Below are positions 26,599 through 37,599 of a DNA stretch of 64,000 nt, one piece after another. The DNA comes from Marsupella aquatica. Taxonomy: Eukaryota > Plantae > Marchantiophyta. Within the stretch, counting starts at the first letter, position 1; every line of letters begins with the position of its first letter. Both the position numbers and the translations under genes were made by a program. The stretch covers positions 806,001-870,000 of the forward strand of contig OZ316896.1 in assembly GCA_973895155.1 (NCBI GenBank), written 5' to 3'. Below the pieces are notes generated by a model. It made no database searches. It was not told the origin of the DNA and saw only the letters and a program-made list of their open reading frames with translations.

Positions 26599-27615
26599 CC
26601 AGTTGAAAGTTTTGTTGCGTGGCTTGAAAGTGGTTCTGAACGTTACTCACTGACAGCCCAGATGCGATCGGGTTTTCATTGTTGGCTCATCAAGGAAGGG
26701 CGAATTTTTTCCAGTCCGAATTTTATTGCAACCATAGTTGTCACCCAAGACTGGCTATAGTTTGCTACAGTTTAAGAGAGAGGGTTCCATGTACTAAATT
26801 TATTTTGAGGTTCGGAAGCGGGAAGTGGATTCACAGTGTTTTAAGCTGATCTTAAAATTTCGAGAGGAGAAGATTCCCAGATTGGAGGGCCACCCATTCT
26901 GAAGAGGAGCAACTAGGCTCCAACCTGAACTCTTTGTAGAGCACAGAGACAGGCTGGCCATTGGGTCGGTGCGTTTTTTTAATTCGTTTAGCGTTTTTAA
27001 TTCTTGAGGTCTCAGAATTGTTCGTTGACTGAACATCTTTAGAGAGGATGTCGAGTACAATCTCTTCATTTCTGCTGAGGTTGATTGTACCTCTGGGTGC
27101 TGTCCATTTTTTCTTGCAACGAATGGAGCACCTTCGCCCGGTCTGTTGCAAGCCTTTCTGAAGACAGGGTGCCACTAAAGTAAAATAGGTTGAAAACTGT
27201 TTTAGCCTCAAATTCATAGAGCACGAGGAGACGTACTAACTATTTGTACGAAAGGTTTCTGAAACCTTTGAATACATTCTGAGATTAACTCAGGCCATGG
27301 TAATTGATGCTCCCAAGGACCAAGCAAGTTATTCTTTTGGGTTTCTTAGAAATGGCTTTCCAGGAAGCTTTAATATAATAAAATTTCATGGAAAATTGGG
27401 ACCTCCAAAATTTCAAAGTCTCCTTTTCTTGTCACATTTACTTGGAAGTGTACTATGTACTACATGAGCAGAACAGAGCGTTTCACTGTCGTCCATCAAG
27501 GAGCTTCCATTAATAAGAGCTTTTGTTGTGCCCATCCAGGTTTCAAAAGAGATTCGGCAAACTTGGGGTTCCAAATGGGGTTCAATTTCCAGTACATGTC
27601 CATCATTGTTTTTAA

Positions 27616-28110
27616 CCATTTTTTACTAACCTCTCCCCCAAACTCACCATAATTACCAATCTGTCCCCAAAACTATTTTAATTTCTAAGTCGATCCTCTT
27701 TTCGTACATGGGTTCCCTACTGCCCCAGGAGCATGTTTTGAAACGGGAGTATGTTGAGAAGGAAACAGGGGCGCAATGGGAAGGAGGGATGGCCCTTTGC
27801 GAGTTCATTGAGGCGGGGAGGAAGCCAGGGTTGTGGGTGCCCTATTGCAACACGAGGGACCCGAGGGGGTACTCCCTTAATTATCATCATGGGAAGGAGT
27901 TGGCCCGGGTTAGGGTAGACCAAGCCAGGGTGTGGTGCTGCCAATAGCGCCTTGCCATGTGTCATGCAACCAATATGGAACAACCTCAGGTTAAGTACAT
28001 GAGGTCAAGTTAACCCATACACGGAAAGGGGGTCCACTTAGGAATTAAAATAGTTTGAGGGACAGGTTGGTAATGATGGTCAGTTTGGGGGATAGGTTAG
28101 TAAAAAATGG
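27616..28110. mobile_element. Non-autonomous Mutator-like (MULE/MITE) element with about 100-bp TIRs
   Basis: CCATTTTTTACTAACCT.TCCCCCAAACT.ACCAT.ATTACCAA.CTGTCCC.AAACTATTTTAATT.CTAAGT is present at 27616 and inverted at 28110. Flanks TTGTTTTTAA and TTGTTTTAA resemble a 9-bp TSD with one T slip. Confidence 0.8.
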
Positions 28111-28185
28111 TTGTTTTAAATTTTCATTTTTTTAAATCTTTGGGTAGTTTTGTGAGTTAAGCACACTTAGATGCAATCTACAGTA

Positions 28186-28307
28186 GAAGTTTTTCTGAAG
28201 GAAACTAATGCTCAGATGGACCACTCACATGAACCTTGCAACCTCGTCCATACAAATCTTGAAGTCTTTCTGAAAGAAAGTAATGCTCAGATGGACTACT
28301 CACATGC
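28186..28307. repeat. Tandem duplication with a period of about 75 bp
   Basis: GAAGT.TTTCTGAA.GAAA.TAATGCTCAGATGGAC.ACTCACATG occurs twice. Confidence 0.8.
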
Positions 28308-29430
28308 TAGTTCACCTGAAGCTTGCAGCAACCCAGATGGACCAGGTTACTGTTGACCAGAAAAAGTATGGAACCAAAGAAAACTGCCATCTGAGTACTT
28401 GTTTAAACAAAAGGCTTTTCTGCGGTCCATCTGGATGTTTCTGGTCCATCAGGGCATTTTGTGAAAACTTTAGATCCATTGGGGATTTATTTCGTTTCTG
28501 AAGACACAATTATTTGCCCGGTGGAGATGTGGAATTTCTATCAATTCAATGGAGGGCCTCAAAGTAGTACATGTACTTTCTCAATTGTTAATTGAATATC
28601 GCTCTGAAGTGCAATATATTGAAGTCCAGATAAGAGCCCAGAAAAATAGAAGAGGGCAGGAGAGAATTTATAAGTTGGGTAATGCTGGTAATATGAAAGC
28701 TTGCAGGTGCTGTGCCTGACAGACATGGTTTTACACAGGCCGGAAATGTCCCAAAGTATCACTGACCCAACACCCAACACGGCGACTAAAATATTTTGGC
28801 TGAGGTTTTACACAACTGGGATGCCGTGGGCTGGGTCACTGGTAAAAAATGTGGTTCCTGAAAAGGACTATCACCACTTAGTTGAAGGGTCCATGCACAG
28901 GCGTCCTTCAGAAAAATAAACACGCTAGTCAATGTTTGTCCAATCTCACATGGTGGCAGTGGTTACAGTCTACCTTGTATAAGTGCTGCTAGACCCTGAC
29001 CAAATGACTCATACTGGCATTGAAGGACAAATCTACAAGTGTGTGTCCGTCTATTAGTGCATTTATCACTTACTAGTATTACAAGGTATACATAAGAAAC
29101 ATTTATTGATAAGTGCAGGAGACAACCGCATAAACTAATTTCATGAACTTACCCAGTTGAATTGTGCAATATGAGGGCTTGGGGTATGAGGAGTCCGATG
29201 TGTGTGACCTGACAAGTTACCATACCAGGAAGTGCACAACAGAGGGTGCATGAGTATTTTGCATGCACTTATTGGTCATGCAACCATGCACACATGGAGA
29301 AGTGCATAAACGGCAACTCCGGGAGACTTTGGGGTGTCTTCCAGGTAGACTGTATCTAGACAAAAACAAATAAATTCCCCTTACCTCAATTGGAGACCTT
29401 AGAAAAAATGTCAACTCGGGTCATCAAAGA

Positions 29431-29508
29431 GACACGGAATTAACTTGACACGGAATTAACTTGACACTCTACTTTGGTTGCTTCCGTGTCAAGTTAATTC
29501 CGTAGAGT
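29431..29508. repeat. Compact direct-plus-inverted repeat (perfect 22-bp stem), possibly a mini-MITE
   Basis: GACACGGAATTAACTT x2, then TTCCGTGTCAAGTTAATTCCGT (29482-29503), the exact reverse complement of 29434-29455. Confidence 0.8.
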
Positions 29509-30770
29509 CTTGTAGCTTTGAGGACCGTGAGTCTCCTGGAAAAAATGACTAAAATGTGAAGAATATGGGGGATTTTACCAGGTATCCTGTTTTTACCAGC
29601 TAGGTATCCTTATTATTTGTATAATGGATGTTTCAGCTGGAGCCAATAATCAAGTAGGGTAATTTATGAGATTTAGATCCGTATTTGGAGCCTCAGGTCT
29701 CCATTTTCAAGTCTGGGCAAGTATTATCTAGAGCAAAATTGTGAGTGAAGTGTGGGCTAGCTGGCCAGTATTTAGTTAACACTATGAATGTCCCCTCCCC
29801 TCTGGATGATACCCACAGTCTGTTTTGTAGAGTAAATTTTGCATGGCAAGACGTGCACCAGAGAAGTGAAAACCGTAGTCTAAGTTGCCATGCCTGGTAT
29901 AGGAGCCTACACCGACATCAATGTGGACCTCAAAGGCTTTTCAGCTCCGTGTGCATGTGTTGTTGTAGGTCGTCTGCAACTCACTGCCACAAATTGTATG
30001 TTCAATAGAGATATCCATAAAGTCCAAAAAAAGGCAGTCGAGTTAAGTTAACCGCGATATTTGTGGGTGAGTTAGCTTAACCCTCGTCTGCGGTTAGCAG
30101 TGCCCGATGAGCAAAATACGACACGGGGTGAAAAGTTTCCAACACTCGTTTTCAATGGGAAAAAACATTTCGCCCCGTATGTGACATTTCAATCGTTGTC
30201 CAAGAACTTCGGGGAGGAGCCAAACCAAAATTCACACGATAGCCAAACCAAAATTTTCTTGTGAGTCTAAAATGTTCCCTGTGTATACGTATACTCTCGC
30301 TTTCATTGATCTTGTAGTCATCAAGTTAACCACGATCATGCACAATCGTTTTTTGATCTTGTACTCATCAATTGCTTCAATCATGCAAATCATACTTTGA
30401 TCTTGTAGTCATCAACTTCTTGCTGCACACAATCTTTCTTTGGCTGCTTGGAACAAACTTTCTTTGTACATATCTCTGCTATTAGGGTGATTTCAGTCCT
30501 TGGTGATCTCATGAAAAATTTCCATCGATTTGGTACTGCTCTGCTAGATTTTAATCCTTTGTTGCCTACCTAATGTCAACGTACGTCATCGCTGCATTGT
30601 GAATTTGATTTACTAAAGCCATCAAAACATCATTCGAAAATCTATTGATTCCATACTGTGTTCCTCATGACTCAATTCGAATCCTCTACTGCCTACCTGC
30701 TACCTTTAATTTGTACTCACTTTTTTGAATTCTGAATTGGATTGAATGGCATGGTGTAGTTTCAAATTAC

Positions 30771-31965
30771 TTGGACACTCGCTTGGACAGAATTAACGGC
30801 AACCGCATAAGGACTATACCTGATCTCCCAGCTGTCACCAAAGTGCACCAGATTAGTGGGAGCTCGACTACCCAAGGATCTTCAGACTCACCTGGTACAA
30901 TCGAAGGTGCTACCGGGGAGAATAATTCCAATCCATCTTGGATGACCCTGGAGAAAGAAGCAGAGGCAGCCCAATCTGAGGAGTCCTACGATTTGGAGGT
31001 CACCAGCATGGAGCACACTGCAGGAATTCAGGGAACTGCTGATGTGGCTAGTGGGAAGGACAGGCAGTGCCGACAGAAAAGTTCCAAGGATCCAAGTAGC
31101 AGGACGAAACAAAATGCTACAAAGGGGAAAGCGACAATTTCTGCAATGGACGTAGACAAGGTAGGGCGACAGGTTGTTGAAGGGGAGCATGTTGTGAAAC
31201 CTGTCACAAACTACTGGAAGTACTTCAACATTTTCAGCAAGGGGCGGAAGAAACAGATCTCACAACTCATCCCAAACAAAGTCTGGATCCAAGTTTATGC
31301 TGATTTTCAGAAGGAGTTCCCAGGTTCCCATTCATGCAAGACAGCTTGAAGGACCACTTGCAGAAAATCTTGACAAAGATGAAGTCAGGGGTTAACAATC
31401 CTGAGAATGGCCTTGGAGCTACACCTCAAGATGAGGAACTAATGATGAAGCTCATGGAAACACCATCTTGGAAGGCTCGAAATGTACTTAAAGTGCGGGA
31501 CAGTGCATCTAATGGACAAATTCATCCCATGGACTTTACTGCTCCACTTCCTTCTGTCTCTGGGGCTCAACAATCACCTCCAGCACCACATGAGGTAGAT
31601 GGATCAGCTGCATTTTCTGGAGTTGCAGCATGCCCTCTGGGCCCAAATCACCTCCTAGGCAAGCTGAGAGGCCTCCATCTAAATCCCAGAATTTGAAGCG
31701 TGCAGGGGATGATATTTCATCCATGTTATCAGAGTTTTGAACCATCACTGAGCAATCCAATGCTGACAGCGAAAGTAAGAAACAGTGCTCAGTTATGAGG
31801 GCTGCAATGCTGAGCACAAAGCAAATGGAGTCTGAGGCCAAGTGAATAGGGCAGGAATAGCAAAACCAACTGGCTGAAATAGCATTGCTAAAGGAGCAGA
31901 GGAGCATTGGATTGATTAGTGAAGATGAATTTCGAGACAAATGTAAATTAGTTTTCGGACTTTAG
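30771..31965 (+). pseudogene. Accessory protein gene of the Harbinger element (putative Myb/SANT-like DNA-binding protein, coiled coil, SHOCT-like C-terminus); disrupted
   Basis: ORF pieces include VWIQVYADFQKEFPGS..KDSLKDHLQKIL and end in LAEIALLKEQRSIGLISEDEFRDKCKLVFGL*. Frameshifts near 31335 and about 31650, plus in-frame stops at about 31738, 31843 and 31858. Its position opposite the transposase is typical of Harbinger. Confidence 0.65.
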
Positions 31966-32337
31966 AGCTTGAAATTGCCTTCAGTGGATCCTTGTAGAGC
32001 CCAATTTTGTATTCTTAGAGGTCAATAGCTACAAGTGAGTTGAAAGCAGATTACACTGCAAACAATTTTGTAATTGTTGCATTCAAACTGAATGTACGAT
32101 CTGTTAAGAGGATTTTGTAAATGGTACAATCCAAACATGTATAGATTGTGATCTCCCAATTTGTCTAACTCATGTCTGAAATTTGACTCAAGCACAAACC
32201 ATAACAAATTGGACTCAAGCATAGACTGAAGCAAATTCAACTTGAGCACAAACTGAGACAAGGTAGGACTCACCCCAGATGTGGATGCACATGACTCTGA
32301 AGTAATAACAAGCATTCGAGAAGCTTTTTATTGTAGT

Positions 32338-33677
32338 TCAAAAGCCTGTAGACAGATTTGGACAATATCTCTGTCCTACTGTCCAAATCTGTCTGAAATC
32401 TGGTCTGAATCTGGCTATAGTTGCATCTAGGTGTAGACATCTACATCTACACTTATCAATAGCAAATCCATGTGGGTCTCCTGCCCAACCTCGTCTCTCA
32501 GGTCTCCTTTTGTGTGGGCCTTCAACGGTTGCTCGCATATTCCGTCGTCGTCTGTGGAGAAAATTAGTCATCAAAGCAGCAACTTGGAAGGTAATCACAA
32601 ACTTGGGCCTGACTAGGTCAAACCGTTTTTGCAGACGTTGCCACTTCATCTTCAGGCCACCAATGCCCCATTCTACACGAACTCTGTACCCAGACAACAT
32701 CTTATTGAATTGCCTCACATCACAATTATTGTCCAAGCGCATGGCATTAATTTCTGTTTTTGAAAATCCTCTCATGATGTATCTTTCCAGACTGGTGTAC
32801 CCTTGGTCACCAAGGATGTATTCAAAATACCTTCAGAATTAGCAAACAGATTCCTCCAATTCTGCTCAACCCAAGAATTCTTAAGAATCGTTACATCATG
32901 GTAACTGCCTGGATAGCCGGGATCAACAAAAATAAAAAGTCCATGGTGATCTACAATTACAGAACTATTCATGCAGTACATCTTCTTCCTTCCTTGATAC
33001 CACTTGCTGTGGTATTGATCCTCATAAGGTCTACGAATTTTGCAAAGGGTACCATCAACAATTCCAATACATCCTGGCAATTGTGGATGATGCTGAGTTA
33101 ACTGTCTCCTTTCCTCTGGGGTCGGCCAATGAATTTCATCTACAATAGCATCATTCAAGCATGATGCTATGAATATAGCATCGTCACACACAGCAGATCT
33201 AGCCCAGCTCCAGAACATAGAGTCAAAGTGAATTATATTGTCATGTTTCATACGAGGTTTCATATATAAGATAAAATTCAGCAGCCTTTGCTCAGGAGTC
33301 AACTTACAAGGGCAACCCTTTACAATAGCTCTTCGCCCGGTTGATCTAGCATTGGCCTCAATGATAGGACATACCTTTGCACAGAGCTCTACAAATTCAT
33401 CTATCATGAAATTAGTCAAGTCCTTGAAGCGGTCTGGAGTTGCTTGCAGTCTGCTCAACACATCGTGAACTCCCACAGTTGGATTGACAGAAATCTGATT
33501 TTCTCTGGAGAGCTCAATTGGTTGAAACGAATGCAACATTTGAAGATATGACGACATGGAGAGTACTAGAAGTACCATGAGTTGTTCAATGCTCGACCCA
33601 TCTACTTCCTCATCATCACTGCTACTATCATCATCACTGTCATATCCCTCTGGTGGAAGAACTTGAAATGGCTCCAT
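32338..33677 (-). pseudogene. HARBI1-like DDE transposase with one frameshift at about 32830
   Basis: PGCIGIVDGTLCKIRRP, YQGRKKMYCMN, GYPGSYHDVTILKNS, then in the shifted frame YILGDQGY...FNKMLSGYRVRVEWGIGGLKMKWQRL. These are canonical PIF/Harbinger motifs. Confidence 0.92.
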
Positions 33678-34745
33678 TGTTGCACAGTATGTGTAAAGAT
33701 TGAGTCAGGCTGCAAATCCCTAACGTTTGGCTTCACGATGCTCCGCGATCACCAGATCAATTGAACCAGCTCCTCTCTGGTTAGTTATCTTGCTACGCAG
33801 GGATCATGCCAATCGATCCAAGAGTAGAGCAACCGTCATCCCGCAACAAAGAGCTAGTGCTTAAGGGGGAAGTTGATCCTGCATTGCTATGCTCCCCTCG
33901 ATACTAGACCCCGCGTCGACTATGCGCCCCACTCCCATCGACACTGCACCGGATGTGCTCCCCTCTCGCTCCAATGTTGTAGCGAACATCAACGTCCATC
34001 CCCAATGTTTTGAGCAGTTCCAAGCTAGGACCCAATGCAGATGCTAACCCCCAATGTTTTAGTGCCTCTTAACCATGGCCGAGATGTGCGGCGACAAGCC
34101 CAAAATATCAGTGTTTCCACGTAAACTCGTCCGCCTTTCAAAAGGGATGTGACTTTATGAATATCAAAGTCTCATCCCGGATTAATGTTAACTCTAGTTG
34201 AATGAAAAGATATGGGACTTTATGGATATCTCTAATGCTCCAAGATTACTAGAAATCTTTTTCACTACTATACATTGAACGTACCTGAGGCTGTCACTCA
34301 ACAGCCCAACAAACTGTGTGGGACGATGAGAGAGAGAGAAAGTGGTCCTATTTGGAAAGGAACTTCGAGCAGAGCAATGTGGTTTTCAACCATTCACCTT
34401 TCTCATCGAGCAGATGGAGCGTGGCAAATGGTGTGCAGACCGATGGAGCAGTTTTGTAGCCACTTTGAAAATCAATTTAAGAAAGTAGTCGTTACACTTT
34501 GAATCCTCGGCTCTGCCCGCCCTGCTCCTATTGCGCGCCCCAGCCAAAGTCCGTTGCAACATCCCATTGCCATTGCACCCAACATCTCAGGTATATTGCC
34601 ATGGTCATCATGAGTGGTTAATGATTCTTGTGTCTGCACACTTTTCAGTCTACTCTTTCTCCTAATCTTAATTGATTCTTGCGTTTGCACCCTTCTCAGT
34701 CTACTCTCTCCTATTATTCTCTTTGCAATTCACTTTTTCGTGAAT

Positions 34746-35284
34746 ATGTCATCTCCACCACGGTGCATAGCTTGTAAGCATCTTTATAAGAGATGTCGAC
34801 AAGGATGTCCCTTCCAGTCTTACACAAAGGAAGCGGACTTGATGAAGTTACATGCATTTTATAGATTGCATTGGGTTGAAAATACCTAGAAAGGTTTCTA
34901 ACTGAAGAGAAACCTCTCGTGTTTGATTTTTTGGTTCTAGAAGCAAACGCAAGAATCATCAATCCACAGATGGGGATGATAGCAATAGTAAACAAGATTC
35001 AAGGTAGAAACACTGTACTGGAAGAACGGCTTTTAGGGATTGACTATGTCTCAACTGCTAGAGGTTTGCGTTCCAGGGAGGGAGATTTTGAAGCTACTTT
35101 TGGAGCTACTTTGGCACCAAACGTAGGGATTGCGCCTAGAGCTTTGCGCCCCAAGGAGGGGATTTTGAAGCTGATTTTGAAGTTTATTTTGGAGTTTATT
35201 TTGAAGCTGATTTGGCACCAAATGCGGGGACCGCGTTTGGAGCTAAGTTGCGCCCCAGGGAGTGGGATTTTGGAACTGATTTAG
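34746..35284 (+). pseudogene. Divergent LOB-domain gene, copy 2 (intact C-block, 1-nt deletion at about 34880)
   Basis: MSSPPRCIACKHLYKRCRQGCPFQSY carries the full CX2CX6CX3C. GTTGAAAATACCTAGAA here versus GTTGAAAGATACCTAGAA in copy 1 shows the frameshift. The reading continues DFLVLEANARIINPQMGMIAIVNKIQGRNTVLEERL. Confidence 0.75.
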
Positions 35285-35515
35285 CACCAGATATGGGGAC
35301 CGCGCCCGGTGCTTCACGGCCCAGGGAAGGGGATTGCAAAGTTGATTTTGCATGCACAGCAGCATTAGACCCCATGACCGCGCCTGTAGGGCCAGGCCCA
35401 AGCTACACACCCCCAGCAGCACCGGACTCTAGGACCGCGTCTGGCCCAAGCTTCACGCCCCAAGGAGGGGGATTTAAGAGTTGACGTCACAACAACATAA
35501 AACCCGGGGACCGCG
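35065..35515 (+). repeat. Composite tandem repeat downstream of LOB copy 2 (CCCAGGGAGGGGGATTTTG(G/A)AGCTGATTTT...GGCACCA.AT..GGGGACCGCG units)
   Basis: About five to six degenerate units, with an internal 12-bp TTTTGGAGCTGA sub-repeat. The same family occurs at 19848-20100. Confidence 0.8.
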
Positions 35516-35961
35516 TCAGTAGGATCGGGCCCAAGTGGGCTGAAGAGTTGCCATCCTTGAACATGTGTATATTGTGCAACTAATCAGGTTGTCCCATCGT
35601 TCCTCTAATCACACCATTCATAGGATTTTGTCTATGTTGTTTTGATCATTTCTTTAACAAACTTAGCTCTGTTGTGGATCCGATCACTTTTAAAGATTTT
35701 GTGTAATTGTGTCTGCTCAGTAGACGTTATTAGTGTTTAATTGACAAAAGTGTTGTTAACTGCTTGCATGCAGTATGAGGCTCATGCGGCAAAGACAGAT
35801 CCTGAGCATGCCAGTAGGCACAAATTAGATGTTGAGATTGTAGGGGGGCCAAATGTGCAAAACATGTACATTCAATATTTTGTACATTTCATAAGTATCA
35901 CAAAATTGCAGTAATTCTCAAGTTCCTTGTGCTGCATATTGTGTACATTTCCTGTGCTCTA

Positions 35962-36426
35962 GTAGCAAAGAACAAACAAAAATGCAGCAGCGCCATGCTG
36001 CCTGATAGTTAGGTCAACTCTAGACAACCAAACAATCTCCAAGGACAACATACAGCCAGAGACAACAATGCGTAAAATGCGTGCAAGCATATCAGATCTT
36101 AAGAAAAAGCAGAATCAAGATCAGACCAAGTTGAACCTAGTCACTTAAATATCACAGACACTTCAAAAATCACTCTTTGAAAAATTGTAGTGGAAGCATA
36201 AATAGTCGGAACAATAAAAGAATGAAATCATATTGAACAAAACGATTCTTGGAATGGTGAGGGAATGGAGAGTTTAGAAAAAGTACTATATAGCAACAAC
36301 AACTACTGTTGTAGCAACAAAATGTAGCCTTTGGCTTTTGGACCAAAGAAGCCTGCCCCTCTTGTGGAAGTAGGCGCCCTCGGAAGCAAGCAAGCACTTT
36401 TGTCCGATACCACAAGAAAAAGTAGT
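35962..36426 (-). repeat. Inverted, decayed copy of 9804-10267 (5'UTR intron region of the eIF4B-like gene)
   Basis: Colinear reverse-complement match over about 465 bp, for example AAGAAAAAGCAGAATCAAGATCA.ACCAAGTTGAACCTAGTCAC. The ORF track shows the same spurious peptide WYRTKVLACFR at both sites. Confidence 0.92.
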
Positions 36427-36954
36427 ACCTTTTGGCTACAATACTAGCACATTTTTGTACCTTAGATTCTTATCACTTGACTTTCATCCAAGTGTTTGGG
36501 CTTGATCCATGCCTTCTTGGTGAGCACTATAATAAAGTGGAGAGGGACACTCTCCCCTCATTTTTCAGTTTCATCATTCAAGGTTGTGAAAATCTTCTTG
36601 CCTTGAATATAATAGTGAGGCGTCCTTTGGTCTGGATAGCAAAGGAATGAGTGGTAGACTTATAGATGAGACCTTAGGGAACAAGGTTTTTTTGGGAACT
36701 TAGGGGTGAGGTGTCTTTGACCCGGATCTTTGGGTCTAGATGGGGTTGTAGGATGCTATCTGGGGGAAATATTTTATAATTTTTTGCCTCCCTATTTCTC
36801 CTCTTCCTCATGTTTTCTCTTTCTTTCCTTGCCTCTTCCCTCCCTTCAAAAAATGAAATCCCCTTTTAATTAAGAGCAAAAGCCAAAAACAATCACAAGT
36901 TAATCTACTTCCCCTTTAGTGGTGGTTCCTTGCCACAAACAATTATCTAAGTCA

Positions 36955-37070
36955 CTATATTTCCATTTTAATGCTCCATGCCAAAATGTACTCTAAACAG
37001 ACCATAAAATAATATTTTTCCACTTTAATGCTCCATGCCAAAAAGTACTCTAAGCAAGCTATAAAATAGC
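36955..37070. repeat. Tandem duplication of about 58 bp
   Basis: TTTCCA.TTTAATGCTCCATGCCAAAA.GTACTCTAA.CA...ATAAAATA occurs twice. Confidence 0.75.
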
Positions 37071-37599
37071 TAGAGTAGCACATATTATACCTTGTACCCT
37101 TTAAACCAATCTAGTAGACTAATAGATTGTGGGCCACTCCTATACAAATTCTTAGCCTTGTACTAGCATGGCCTGAATTGGGTCCAGATTTCTTGTGACA
37201 TGTTGTTGCACTTCCCTTAACATGGGCACTTCTAAGTGGGTGGTGTGAACAATTGAGCTGGCCAGCTGTCCAATCACAAAGAGTATAACTTCAGCTTGGC
37301 CTAGATGTCCCAACCTCCTTGGTACTTTCATCCAACCTGCATGTAGCTCCCCAAAACAAAAACCAAAAAACCAATCTATCAATTCTCATGCCATCCCAAA
37401 GTTGGAACCCCCACCAATGATTTGCTAAACCCTGACCTCAATACTAATTACCCCTTGAGCTTAAAGCGTCACTGTCCATGACAAAACTTGGATCAACCAG
37501 GTTTCACCATTTTCCTGAAATTGTGGAGAAAAGTCTCAAGGTAGAGGAGAGGAATGTGAAAAATGGAGATATCTTGGACACTCATACTTTTATATGGCC

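Larger units (their letters stand above)
30007..34233. mobile_element. Full-length PIF/Harbinger-superfamily (PHIS) DNA transposon of 4227 bp, with 19-bp perfect TIRs, AAT TSD and two convergent ORFs
   Basis: TIR AGAGATATCCATAAAGTCC at 30007-30025 and its complement at 34215-34233. AAT at 30004-30006 and 34234-34236. Contains a DDE_Tnp_4-type transposase. Confidence 0.92.

Noticed and set aside
26800-27217. 121-aa minus-strand ORF downstream of the PPR gene
   Set aside because: No recognisable motifs or supporting splice structure.
32820-32835. Transposase frameshift as an intron or programmed frameshift (GAAG|GTATTT looks like a donor)
   Set aside because: The conserved YILGDQGY follows immediately, leaving no room for an intron; a 1-nt lesion is simpler, and the partner ORF is also decayed.
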